Origin: Coniocarpon cinnabarinum
Lineage: Eukaryota
Length of the DNA: 52,795 nucleotides
NCBI GenBank assembly: GCA_051942205.1
Contig: JAVECO010000164.1
Coordinates: forward strand, 1 to 52,795
Reading direction: 5' to 3'
Shown: positions 11,750-23,512 of the stretch, piece by piece
Layout of the letters: every line of letters begins with the position of its first letter
Numbering within the stretch: the first letter of the stretch is position 1
Translations under genes and position numbers: made by a program
Notes under the pieces: model-generated
What the model was told of the DNA's origin: nothing
Database searches by the model: none
The model's input: the letters and a program-made list of their open reading frames with translations, nothing else

Positions 11750-12570
11750 GGGAGAGAAGATTGTAAAGTCATAATTGCACATGATGATCATCAGCATCAT
11801 CGTCTCACACGAATGCAGAGAAATTTGGATAGATCCATCACTTTCTCCTGTTCATATCTCAGGAATCAACAGTACTTACTAAGTCAACGCACAGCCCTCG
11901 CAACGTGGTGTTCACCGATGAATGCCTCTCGTCAACCCAAAAGGCTAGTGCATTTGCGCGACGGAAATGTGCAGCTCGCTTGCCTCAATCACTGTGAGAA
12001 GCTTGCAAAGTCATGCTTGCACGTGATGACCACTAGCCCTCACAACGAATGCGGAGAAGCTTCACGATAGAATCAACGGTCACCCCTTTTTATGATTAAA
12101 CGGATCATCCTGTGAATGTTTAACATATAAAAGCTTGTTACGATACATTCTCGAGAAAGACCGAGATATGGAGGGGCGATAACGATCGCGTACTATAATG
12201 TCGATGCCAGATATCTTGTCCTATTCACTGTGAGAAGCTCGCAAAGTCAGCGTGCGCGTGATGATCATCATCGTAGTCGCACACAGCGAGCGCAGAGAAG
12301 TCTCGTGACATAAGTCGTAGTATCTCCCGCTCCTATTTAAGACCTGAATCATCCTCGTCTTTCGAGAAAGATACAACTTCCGTGATGCGGTCTCGATGCA
12401 ATCAACAAATGGGTGGACGAAGGGGCAAAAGCATCTACGTTATGTTTAAAGAAAAGCGCATGTTTTAGTTATCAGTGATGAAGAGGCTGCAAGGTTGTAC
12501 TTACACTCAAAGATGATTAGCATCATGGTCTCGACAATGACCGCAAGAATCTTGCTGGACAATCTGATTT
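11750..12570 (+). repeat. Degenerate tandem array, period about 236-250 bp, 3-4 copies
   Basis: cactgtgagaagct(t/c)gcaaagtca occurs at 11990 and 12226. Related gagaagattgtaaagtca...tgatgatcatca...gcagagaa lies at 11754, with a weaker copy near 12480. Confidence 0.75.
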
Positions 12571-13542
12571 GAATGACGTGTCTTGCGGTCTGGAAAGCCC
12601 CTTGACAAAATTTAATAATATTGCAGATCTGAATGGAAGTGCTTTGACATGCCGAATTTCGATAGAGTCACTGACCACTTTCGACTTATATGCCTTGCAC
12701 CGTGCTCACAATAAGCCCAGTTCTAAGCATAATCAGATGATGTCAAGCATGCTGCAAACGGCGAGCTTGCTTGTAGCTCACGGAAAAGTTCATTCCGTAC
12801 TGTACGGGGCACGTTGATAGCCCTTGTTCTCGGCCAGAAAGCCAACTTCGAGAAAATGGTCTCAGCAGAACACAAAGAGAAGAAAGGGGCGCTACGGTTG
12901 TGTGATGTGGCACCAAGGACGTGTCTTGTGTTGAACGTGATCAAAAAGTTGATGAATCATGCTCATCCATGATGCTACTCATCGTTCAGAAGACTAAGAC
13001 AAGGAAGTCAGTTTGGACTGTTAGGATTTTGGGATATTAATTATATTGGAAGATGCTGATACCCCTACATCAACTCTTTCTCAACGACTGCGACTGAGAC
13101 TGTATTAGAGTAAAGATCAGGATAGAGGGGCTATTGAAGAGGGGCTATTGTCGTCTAAATATCAACACGTGACATGATGTTGACTACCTCGTAGCCCACG
13201 ACAGGGCTTCCTTAGTTGGCGTTGATCTTTTCGCTAAGAGACGCAAATCATTCATGTGCGAGCGCCGATGACGAAAAGCGCTCTTCTCGAATCGAGTGAG
13301 GCAGGGAACGGCAGCATGCTATCAGCTCGGCAATCACCAGCACGCTCTGCATAACAGTCGTAACAGATGGATTGCTCACGGAGACGAACTCCGCGTTGGG
13401 CTAACAAATCATCAGATCTCTAACAATTCGCCACGCCCACCTATCCCGCCTAGCGCCACGCTCATGCTTGCAACACCATCATCCAGTTCACGCATCGCAG
13501 CAATTGCTCACTCTGAAATTCAACACCGAGTCCGAATCCATC

Positions 13543-15927
13543 CTATGTCCCTGCACCCGCCATCACCCCGTTAGCGTCCCATTCCCAGATCTCGTAAAGT
13601 CGCCTGACCCTGTACTCCGTCGCCCACCCGGTATCCGTCTCAATTTCTCTCAAAAAACGAATCAACTCCCTTTTCTCCCGCACCGTGTTCAGGCTCTGAC
13701 CAGCAGTGAAAAGCGCCTGCACACTATTGATCCTGACCGCATTCTCGGGTCGACTCGCCGCGATCCCGCAGATCGCTCGGGCGTGAGCTTCGATTTCAGC
13801 GGTGATGTTCTTGTAACTCGTCAGACGCTTGTGATAAGTCGTCTTGCGAAAGGTCGACTGCTGGGGCATGTTCAGCAATAAAAGCATGCGCGCCATGTGA
13901 TAGCTTTGCATTGCACTGGCGCACATGGGGTTATTATACCATATTTCGGTGAACACTGGACCGTCTGCGCCGTGACGATCTCGTAGTGAGCTGGGAATGG
14001 ACACTGGATGGAGTTGGGCACATGGTTTGAAGCTGTCCGGTAATCCAGCATACCACATGTCCAGATGCATTTTGACCTCGCTCCATTTTTGGTGCAAAGC
14101 CTCTTGGTTGATGCCTTCCCAGACTTCTCGGCCTTCAGAAGGGCCTGTATCCGAGGCAGCCAGGTGACTCACGATCTTTGCTAGAATCCAGATGAGTGCG
14201 TTGGAGATCATATCTTCCATCATGACATCTCTGCCCTCTGGTAAACCGTGTGCGGCTTCATTGGATGGCTCAACAAAGCCGTTCTCGTTGATGAACAAGC
14301 CCGCTTCTCTCCACGTAGTCAGATCATCTGGGTTAAGTCGAGTCTGTGTCTCGCTTATCAACGCAGACAGAAAGTCCTGTCGAGCAAAGTTCCAGAACGT
14401 AGCTTGTCGTGCTCGCGAAATGACTGGCCGAGGCGAGCCAGGCGAGCTCAGCGGAGTCATACTCCCTTCGACAATATCCAGCAATGATTTTGTGCCATCG
14501 AGATGACCTTGCCATTCAGCTCCGGAGCGCTCTTGCTGCTCATAGTCGCACAGGATGGCGGTGGCAGCGGTCATTTCATCCGATAAAGCTCGCCCTTTGC
14601 TGACCTTCCGCCTTTTGTCACAGTAGCAGTCAGGTGTATCGCGATTAGCAAGCGGGCTGTCATGCGGACACTTGCGCTTGGTCCCAACTGCCTCCACTGG
14701 ACTTATGGCAACTTCTTCGAATGATTCCAATTTTGCACTCGAGGAGCTCTTCTCGACGTCAACTACCCCATCGCGAATGCCTTGCATAAGCAGGTGAATA
14801 GCATTGTCATAGTATTGCGCGCCCTTGACCGCCCAAGCTGCCGCATTCATCTGAGGGAATATCTCAGACGGAGCTTGTGTGGAAGCGATACCACCTGCAG
14901 GAGGTTTGCAGCCGTTGACTCGACTAAGTTGCTTGGCAGCATAGGCACAGGTCGCATTCTTGAGTATGGGATTAGTCATCGCTTTCACCGGCACATAATT
15001 GGTGAAGAACTTGTGAATATCGAAAAGATCCATCCACGGGCCGAGGTTCTCCGCAAAATGCCGCAGTAGGAAGGCGACCTCATGCTGTGTCTCGAACTCA
15101 TCAAGCTCAAGATGGGCTTCGTTTTCCGTACAGCAAAGAATTGAGGGATTCGAATCAGATGGGGACTTGTGAATGCATTGTGAGCTCGAAGCGGGATGAT
15201 GAGTGAGATAACTCGTGAAGGTGGGCGTTGTTGCGGTTACGGAATAAGTGGTGCTGGGCGTACTCAACACACCAAGAGCATCAGCGTGAGGTGATCCTGC
15301 ATGACCATGGGAGCTGGGTCTGGTCGCATCGCCCGAAGGCATGTAATGGTCGCGTGAAGCAGCGGCGGAGAGTGCATCTAGCCCTGTATGGTGGGGGAAG
15401 GGGGGCTCGTGAGGATAGGTCGGAGGTATTCTGGGGTCGGTGGTGTCATCCTTTTTCTCACTCGGGATAGATGGTAATATCTGCTCTTCTCCTGCAAAGA
15501 CTCGAGCTTCACGGATAGTGAAGTCGGCCTCTGGGTCCGCGTTGACAATAAAGGTGACTTGTCTCAATTGTTAGCAATCACATTCCGTTGAACTGGTAAC
15601 GGGTTTTTCACCGACCTCTATTCGGTATGTCAACCCACACGATATCCTTGCCAAACGAGTTCTTATAGGCGTAGAAGTTCTGTAGCGAATTCGTCTCCTC
15701 GATGCCCGCACCGTTCAGAGACGCATTTTGCTGATGTCGAAAGACTATGCCTGTGGAGGGCACACATTCGCGACCAGCCTTGAGGCACTGGCCGCATTTA
15801 GGACGCTGCTCATCGCACTTGAGCTTTCTGTGCCGACACGTGAGACTGCGTGAGTGTCAACGTTGGACATGTTGGCCCGCAAGTGGTACAGGCAGACGCA
15901 CCATCCAGTCCGTGATCTAGCAACCAT
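13543..15927 (-). CDS. Zn(II)2Cys6 fungal transcription factor, about 756 aa; exons 15927-15902, 15845-15616, 15557-13543
   Basis: Splicing gives MVARSRTGCLTCRHRKLKCDEQRPKCGQCLKAGREC, a complete binuclear cluster. The long C-terminal ORF carries fungal TF-domain motifs (FLLRHFAENLGPWMDLFD, FWNFARQD). Confidence 0.92.
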
Positions 15928-17430
15928 GCTTCAACCTGGGCGGGAACTGCATTCAGCCCAAGTCTCTGAAATACGCTGGGTACGTCATCCCAAAGCAAGA
16001 AGAGTTGAAAGGTATGCAGAACAGTACTAGAAGGGCAGAGTCATGGGTTGTGATGGAAGTCTTGGGTGTTGCGGGGAAAGAAGAATTTCATGCACAGGTT
16101 GGCTGGTTTACATGCGGCGCGGCAAAATCCGCTGGGACAGGTCAGGTATTTAAACCTGCTCGCCTGCCTCACTATTCAGGCCACCATCCCTTACGGAAAG
16201 CGAACAGCGACTGTCATACGCCGTGATACGTTGATTTGATGCTGACTCGAACTGTCACTACTAATCGCCGCGGACTTGGACCTGCTTCTTGACTGGTAAA
16301 AAGGGTTCCCATCATTGAGCAGTGGTCTGAGCAACAGATGGCCTGCCGCCAGGAAGACAAGATCTTCTATGCACCAACATCTAGGCCTTGGCGCAGCCAC
16401 ACAGCCTCGTTAACTACGTTGGAGTGGCAATACGTAACGCGTAACCGGCCCCAGCACGTAGCATCATCTTTCTGGCAGCTCTACTTGCTGCTTGATTCTG
16501 CGGACCAGCATCTTAGTCTCGGCTTCTGAGGGTTCATTGCTCTGCGGACTCTTCAGAAGGCCATGAATCTCTCATATGTATAGGACGCTGCGTCACTGCA
16601 ACTAGCCAACTGTTGTACCCCTGCAAGTTGCTCTGTATTTCGAGGAGATGTTACTGCAACCCAGATCATAGGCATCATTCCCATCAAAAGCTTCAACCGT
16701 AAGCTGTATGTGACGTAGGTTGCGTGAAGTCTTTGCATGTTAAATGGGGCCAACGTCTTGTGAGTATTCGCACTATTCTGCAACAAGGACCAAATCTTGC
16801 GCTTGCTGCTCTCTCATATGGGTAGAAATATCTCAGCATGCAAGTTGTTGTTGAGCATGGATTGCTCACGTGTCACATATTCCAAACGCAAAGGGACATT
16901 GCGTTCTAGCTAATACGCTCGGGAACCAACAGTACTCGATGACATAGGCTCGAGCTTGTATCCTCTAAGAATCTCCTGCAACTTCTTCAAGTCTGTAGAA
17001 AAGCAGATCTCGGCGCACCAAGGGCATTTGTCGTAAGAGTAGAAGCAAATCGGGCTTAGCATTGTAGGCAGATGAGCTTTCTGTGAAGTACGGTGAGTGC
17101 TTTTGTCAAAAGCTATGCCTGCGCCATTTCGGTTTGTATGGCTCTTACAGTCTGTAGAAAATTGATCGTGATCTATTAATGCGGAAGCAGTGTACCACGT
17201 GTGCGAACGTAAACGATCCCGTCACGTGTTGCGGAACCGCGAAACGCGGAACGCGAAACGTTGAGAGATGAAACATTGCAATAGGGTTCTAAAAACCCTA
17301 TGATCATATGTTGAGACACGGCCTACAATATGTGTCCTGGACCACTTGTGAAAGCCATTTGAGGAAAATTGGAAGAAAAGCGATTTGCGGCGAGATTGAC
17401 GGTGTAGTATTATACTCGCGAGCTTCTAGA

Positions 17431-18502
17431 ATGAACATGCTTGCTTCGCAGCCTATTCTGCAAGGCCTTGCAGGAGTGGGAGCTCTTTACCTGGGTTTCA
17501 AACTAGTCAGTTTCGTACGACTAATATTCAGCGTCTTCCTCCTTCCAGGCACGTCGGTAAGCTTCCATTATGTCTCCTTCACACAGAACACCAAGAATCA
17601 TTGTTCTACTTCACTGAATACCACGAGCTCACCAACTGTTGTAGCTCTCAACATTCGGTCCTAAAGGTAGCTGGGCCGTCATCACAGGCGCCTCGGATGG
17701 CATCGGCGCTGAATTCGCGCGTCAGCTCGCGCGCAATGGCTTTAATCTTGTGCTCGTCTCGCGAACCGCATCAAAGCTCGATGCACTCTCGCAGGAAATC
17801 AAGACGTCCAACTCTGGCATCGAGACGAAGCTGTTAGCTATGGACTTTGCTCAAAACCAGTCTTCTGATTACGACTCGTTGAGGTCGCTGACGAGAGATT
17901 TGGACGTCTCGATCTTGATCAACAATGTAGGCGTCAGTCACTCCATTCCTGTTCCTTTCGTCGAGACATCACAAACGGAGCTTAATTCGATTGTCTCTGT
18001 CAACGTTCTGGGGACGCTGCAAGTCACGCAACTTCTTGCACCTGGCATGATTGAGAGGAAACGTGGTTTGATCCTCACCATGGCTTCCTTTGGTGGCATA
18101 GTTCCCACACCGCTCTTGGCGACGTACTCAGGCAGCAAAGCCTTCCTCCAGCAATGGTCAACCGCTTTGGGCTCCGAGCTTGTGCCCAAGGGTGTCACGG
18201 TCGACCTCATGCAGAGCTACCTAGTCACTTCTGCGATGTCAAAGATTCGCCGGACAAGCATGTTCATTCCAAATCCTAGAAGCTTTGTGAAGAGCGCATT
18301 AAGCAAGGTGGGCAGAAGCGGAGGAGCGCAAGGTATTGCATATACCACGTCGCCTTATTGGAGTCATGCAATCCTGCAGTGGGCGATCATGACGTTTGTG
18401 GGGACGATGAGCAAGGTAGCGGTGGATCAGAATGGACGTACGCATGCTGATATCCGCAAGCGGGCGTTGAGGAAGGCAGAGCGGGAAGCGAAGAAACAAT
18501 GA
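17431..18502 (+). CDS. IFA38: Very-long-chain 3-oxoacyl-CoA reductase (SDR of the elongase cycle), about 327 aa; intron 17557-17644
   Basis: N-terminal TM segment, [23 protein letters not shown] catalytic motif, [11 protein letters not shown] and C-terminal KKQ ER-retrieval-like end. Intron gtaagc...gtag. Confidence 0.93.
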
Positions 18503-18725
18503 TCATGCTGGACACTGCTGCTATATGAGCCGCGATGTGGCAACAAGAATTCAGATCAATAGAAAGTGGTTCGTTGGTTCTTGTTGTTTCATATGGGTGT
18601 ATCAAAAGCAAGGGTTTTCGAGACTACAGAACATAATTGTGCGTGTGGATCGTGCGCTTCAGCATGGCGTCGTTGGGTATCAAACAAAGTCCAGTCAGAA
18701 TTTCCATCAACACAAGGAAAGCGCT

Positions 18726-19724
18726 TCAGTCAAAACCGGAGACCTCTTGTTCCTGTCTCTTCCGCTTTTTCTTTTTCTTTCCCTCGACCTCTTCTCTCGG
18801 CGCTACAAACGCCTTACCTCGCTCTTGCTCTCTAGCATCTTTCTTCTCTCTTTGCCTCTTGACTCTATCTTGATTTCGCGCCCTCTCTTTCGCTGCTTTC
18901 GCCAAAAAGAACTCACCGCTCTCAATCTGCTTGTCGACCTTACTTTGTTCTAGTGGCGGTGGGAACGGTGTGTATACCTTCTCGTTCTTGTCGCGAATCT
19001 TGTGCGGTTGCCGTCTCCGACTCAGGCTCTTTCTCTTGAAGTTGGGCAAGAAGCGCTCCCAATTCTCATTGGCGAGCTCTGGGTCCTTGGCTAGCTCACG
19101 CTTGATCATCATTTCTTTGATATGGTAGATGGGATGAATATTGTGCATGCAGTCTTCGATGACGCGGCGGACTTCTTTGAGGCCCTTGACAGGGCCCATA
19201 GCGCAGACAGTGTTGCCTTGTACAAGAATGTAGGTGCTGGTGAGAAGCTCAAGAGCTTTGAGGGTGGTGCCGTTGGGACCTAGGATGCGCTGACGCCGCT
19301 TAACGAAACGGTCTTTGTTGTTGACCAAAGTCCTGATTTTAATGATATCAGCGAAGCAGTTGTCGTCGTTGAGTATCTTGACAGCTTGCGGAGCTGGGAC
19401 GCTCCGACTGAGGAGCTTGATGCAGTCTCGCGCATTGAGAATGGCGGCGGGGTCAAAAGTCTTGCGCGTGGTTTTCACTGTCATGGTTCCATTGACGAGA
19501 TCGAGCTCGCAGGCGATATGGATCTTAGCGAGCGAGCGGGTGATCAGTGGCCAGGCTTCCTTCAGGTAGATCTCACGATACTTGGGGAACAGGACCCCGA
19601 ACGAGGACTCTTCGGCGAAGGTGCCCGCCGGATTGTCCTCCGGGGCGAAATGGTCGACCTTCCATTTGTCGATGTCAGGCGTGTCCCAGTATTTGTCATC
19701 GTTTTTCTTGTGTGTGCTGGGCAT
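18726..19724 (-). CDS. KRR1: 90S pre-ribosome KH-domain protein Krr1
   Basis: MPSTHKK start, [62 protein letters not shown]; intronless. Confidence 0.97.
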   Translation of the reverse strand: MPSTHKKNDDKYWDTPDIDKWKVDHFAPEDNPAGTFAEESSFGVLFPKYREIYLKEAWPLITRSLAKIHIACELDLVNGTMTVKTTRKTFDPAAILNARDCIKLLSRSVPAPQAVKILNDDNCFADIIKIRTLVNNKDRFVKRRQRILGPNGTTLKALELLTSTYILVQGNTVCAMGPVKGLKEVRRVIEDCMHNIHPIYHIKEMMIKRELAKDPELANENWERFLPNFKRKSLSRRRQPHKIRDKNEKVYTPFPPPLEQSKVDKQIESGEFFLAKAAKERARNQDRVKRQREKKDAREQERGKAFVAPREEVEGKKKKKRKRQEQEVSGFD

Positions 19725-19875
19725 GCTTGCACGATGGTAGTGTGAGATAACATTCAAGGAATTACCTCCAAAGAGTTAGATAGAACGTCTTCATGGCGCC
19801 AAGATCCACTTTCGCGAGAGCACGTGACAGCGAAGTCAATACTAAAAGTACGAGACCGCTTCGCCAACGCTCTTG

Positions 19876-20346
19876 ATGCCAGCGCCGGCCATGTCTACAG
19901 CCATCTCGATCCCCGACCTTTCCGATGGCTACCTACCTCTCGCTGTTCTGGTCACCGCCGCTGCTTCCTTCTTCAACACAGCTCAATGCTTCCTGACCAC
20001 CAAGCTCGCGAAACGCATCTACAACACCGCCGATATGAAACCGCCAGATTCCACGAAAGGCCATCCCGCCCAGACTCAATCACAAGTTACGCCTCTGTCC
20101 TGCCGCTCTCTCGGCATCTGGACCCTGCTCTCTGGGATTGTGCGCCTCTACTCGACGTACCATCTTGGAGACGTGCATTGCTATCGACTGTGTTTCGCGA
20201 CGTACATATGTGCATTTGTGCACTTCGCACTGGAAGTGGCCGTATTCGGAACTGCAAATTTGAGCGGGGTTGCCAGAGAGCCACTGATCACGAGTTCGGC
20301 GATGACGGGGTGGATGTGGTATTGCTGGGGGCATTACGTGGGTTGA
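19876..20346 (+). CDS. ERG28: Ergosterol biosynthesis scaffold protein Erg28 (start 19876 or 19891)
   Basis: GYLP...FNTAQCF...VTPLSCRSLGIWTLLSGIVRLY...HFALEVAVFGT; small multi-TM protein. Confidence 0.9.
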   Translation: MPAPAMSTAISIPDLSDGYLPLAVLVTAAASFFNTAQCFLTTKLAKRIYNTADMKPPDSTKGHPAQTQSQVTPLSCRSLGIWTLLSGIVRLYSTYHLGDVHCYRLCFATYICAFVHFALEVAVFGTANLSGVAREPLITSSAMTGWMWYCWGHYVG

Positions 20347-20562
20347 ATATAGAGCGACGCACACCCTGATTAGTCTTTTGAAGCAGTTTTTGAGTAGGCG
20401 TGATGGTTGTGAGCGCCTCCCACACGGCCGAAACCGCTGACTACAGAAAGTTCATCATTGGGGAGCCGGCCCCTTAGTGGACTGCACTTATCATTGCCCT
20501 ACCTTCTCCAGACATGGTTCAGCCTTGTTCGACCACCGCCAAAATAACACAACGACAAGAGT

Positions 20563-21775
20563 CTACATCTTTCTTCGATACAGTTCACCGCCGCAGTCTT
20601 CCCGAAGTCTTTTTGCGGCCTGCTCAGGGGTTATGTCACGCTGCGGTTCTGCCATCAATTCATATCCGACGAGAAATTTCTTGACACTCGCGCTTCGCAA
20701 CAACGGTGGGGCAAAGTGGATGTGGAAGTGGCTCGCCTCAATTTCTTCCTCTGTGCCATCCAACGGTGCTTGGTGCAATCCCATGCTGTATGGGAAATGT
20801 GTCTGAAATAGGTTATCATATCGCCTTGTTACCTCCGAGATCGCTTGTGCTAGGTATTGCTGTTCCTCCTCGTCGAAGTCCACCAGGGCACGCTTATGCG
20901 TCTTGCTTACGATCATAACCTCAAATGGCCAAGTCGCCCACCACGGACACAGGGCAAGGAATGCTGGGTTCTCGTACACGATCCGCTCTCCCTCTTCTTG
21001 CTCCAATAAAGCATAATCCTCTAACATGTGTGCGCCGTGATGATCATGTCGGTATTTCTTTAGATTGGTGAGCTCTAAATTGATCTCCTCCGGCAGACTC
21101 GAGGTTGTCCAGATTTGCCCGTGTGGATGTGGATTCGAGCAGCCCATTAGTTGGCCCTTGTTTTCAAAGATCTGCATATATCGATATTGTGGCGTGGGTA
21201 ATTCAGGGTTGAAACCATGAGCATGTGGCATCAGTGATGTTGCATGCGCGTGATGGGCCAGTGAGGTTTTCGGTGAGATGTGCGCTGTATAAATCTTCGT
21301 CCATGCTTCTATTACGGGTCGTGTTTGCTCCGACGTTAGATCCGCGAGAGTTAAGTTGTGCTTCCGCGAGAAGGTAAGAACATAGCATTTGCCCTTCACA
21401 GGATCTACTTGCAACAACCTGCTTCCTAAACCTTGGATAGAGAGTTAGTGCAGATCGTGCCCATCGATCTTTGAACATGTACATACTGCCAGGGACATGG
21501 GCTGGCTTGTAATCTTGCTGTTCTTCTTTCACTGCACTGTAGTCGTTGACGAAGACAAAGGTGTTGTCGTACTGGGGATTCTGGTCGCCTTGTGCGCGCT
21601 TGTTGCCAGGGCAGAGATAACATTGCTCGTCGTATTCTGGGGTCGTAGTCTGCGAAGGGTCCTCTTGTTGACCTTGCCATGGTCTCTTTGTACGATGTGG
21701 GGAAACAAGAATCCAGCTACCCCTCAGAGGATTGTAACGCCGGTGCGATATGTCATTGAGAACTTCGTCTGTCAT
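20563..21775 (-). CDS. GAL7: Galactose-1-phosphate uridylyltransferase, about 385 aa; intron 21486-21432
   Basis: SHRRYNPLRGSWILVSPHRTKRPWQG, CYLCPGN, FENKGQLMGCSNPHPHGQIW (HPH active site), PPLLRSASVKKFLVGYE. Confidence 0.97.
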
Positions 21776-22093
21776 AATTGAATGGGCAGCTTCGTGGAAA
21801 CAAGGACACAAGTCGGGGGCAGCAACGCTTCTAAGGCAGTACTCGAACAAGCTCACGTTTTTAGGATGCTTGTTGTTGACAGGTTTCCGGCTTCAGATGG
21901 GGTCCGATATGACGTTCCACCCGTAGGTCTGGAGCACTAAGACAGTAGTGCCCGCACAGGGCTGCAGATCAGCCATGCTTCGTGCCGCCAAGCATGTGCC
22001 AAGCCTTACTTAGCTTTTCTCCTAGGTAGGCATGGACATTTCGACACCACGGCGCGCATCCAGTTGCAACATTGTCATCTGCCGTCGAAGGCC

Positions 22094-23176
22094 ATGGCGA
22101 TGATGGCAAGCTCCGATCCATATCAGGGCAGTTCCCATAACCGGGAAGAAGAGGACTTGATCGACCCGGATGATCGTACGTCTCCGGTCTCATCACACGC
22201 ACGCACGCTCTGGCACTGACAAGCAAGCAGCATCCCTCAACGACCTTGACGACCCTATACAGCCTCACTCACACTTGGATCGTGAACCTCTTACGGGTAA
22301 CATCCAACCAGACAATGGCCCTCCCCTTTCGCGGGGTTACCTCAACGATTCAATCGGTGGAGAAGACAGACGCGCCAATCTCAATACTCTCGACGAATCC
22401 GTATGGCAGACTGTGTCAAGAGATCTGTGGGCGGTATGGGAAAAGATGCAGCTGGTGTTATGGCCGAGGCATCTTCTAGGCGGCGCCTTGCAGCGAAACA
22501 GCATTCGAAGTCAGGAAGAGAGCGGGGAGGCGGAGAGCTTGGCCGGGAATGTTCGACATCTTGTTGGACAAGGGCGACACCTCATGGGCCAAGGACTGAA
22601 CCCAGACATCGTCCTCCAGGGGACTATGAGTGAAGGTCTCAGAAATTGGGATCTTTGGTACGAGGGCACGAGACTACGAGGGTATTGCAAGTTTGCTAAC
22701 GGAACCCATAGGGGCCCACTTCTTTTCTGTCTACTGCTTAGCCTCTTCCTCTCGGTGCGCGCCGAGCACGACGACAAGAATGATGAGAGGTCACTCGCGT
22801 TTTCGGGCGTCTTCGCAATCGTCTGGATTGGAGAAGCCGTCGTGACGGTGCAGATAAAGCTGCTTGGGGGGAACATGTACGGAGTTTGTCCACAAGCAAG
22901 CATGTCAGATGTGCTGACTATTTCAGATCCTTCTTCCAATCAGTGTGCATCATTGGATATACTCTGTTTCCCCTTGTTCTGGCCTCGATCATGAGCGCCT
23001 TTGGACTCCCACTCATACCACGAATACCCGTTTACATTGTGTTAGTTCTATGGTCGCTGGCCGCTGGGATCAGCATTCTGGGAGGATCAGGCGTCGTCAA
23101 AAATCGCGTGGGGCTTGCTGTGTTCCCTCTGCTTGTATTCTATGTGGGCCTGGGGTGTCTTTGTTTCATGGCTTGA
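22094..23176 (+). CDS. YIP4: Yip1-domain Golgi/ER membrane protein (Yip4/YIPF6-like), about 307 aa; introns 22176-22230, 22658-22711, 22877-22926
   Basis: NTLDESVWQT, LRNWDLWGPLLFCL, IKLLGGNISFFQSVCIIGYTLFP after splicing three canonical introns. Confidence 0.9.
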
Positions 23177-23512
23177 ACAGCGTCTAGAGATGCTCATAGT
23201 GGCGAGTTGTAGGACTAATCGAGACCGCGCATGCCGCGCCATTGAGATCTTCTACAAATCTGGGACAGGACATGCAAGTATGAGACGAACACTGATTGGA
23301 TGACATCAATGCACAAAGCGCTTGCGCATGCTGTGGAAATGAAAGGTGACAGTCCAAAGTGTTAACTCCGGCACTTGCAATCTGAATCGGTCACTGCGTG
23401 TCGCCCCCCCCACACCAAGTCCATTCACCACCTAGCACCAAACAAAACTCGGCAAACTTGTTTCATTGTCTTCTTTCACACGCTTCCCGCAAAAGAGTCG
23501 CTGCTTGCACAA

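Noticed and set aside
11750..12570. CRISPR-like repeat/spacer array
   Set aside because: Eukaryotic context, long divergent units with similarity extending through the would-be spacers, and no cas genes.
13543..21775. A galactose gene cluster (GAL7 plus the nearby Zn2Cys6 factor)
   Set aside because: No GAL1 or GAL10 in the window, three unrelated genes intervene, and nothing identifies the TF as a galactose regulator; an unclustered GAL7 is normal in filamentous ascomycetes.
22658..22711. Stop-free 54-nt in-frame introns (YIP4 intron 2; also FOX2 26196-26249)
   Set aside because: Both have canonical donor, branch and acceptor sites and interrupt conserved motifs; lack of stops is common in such short introns.
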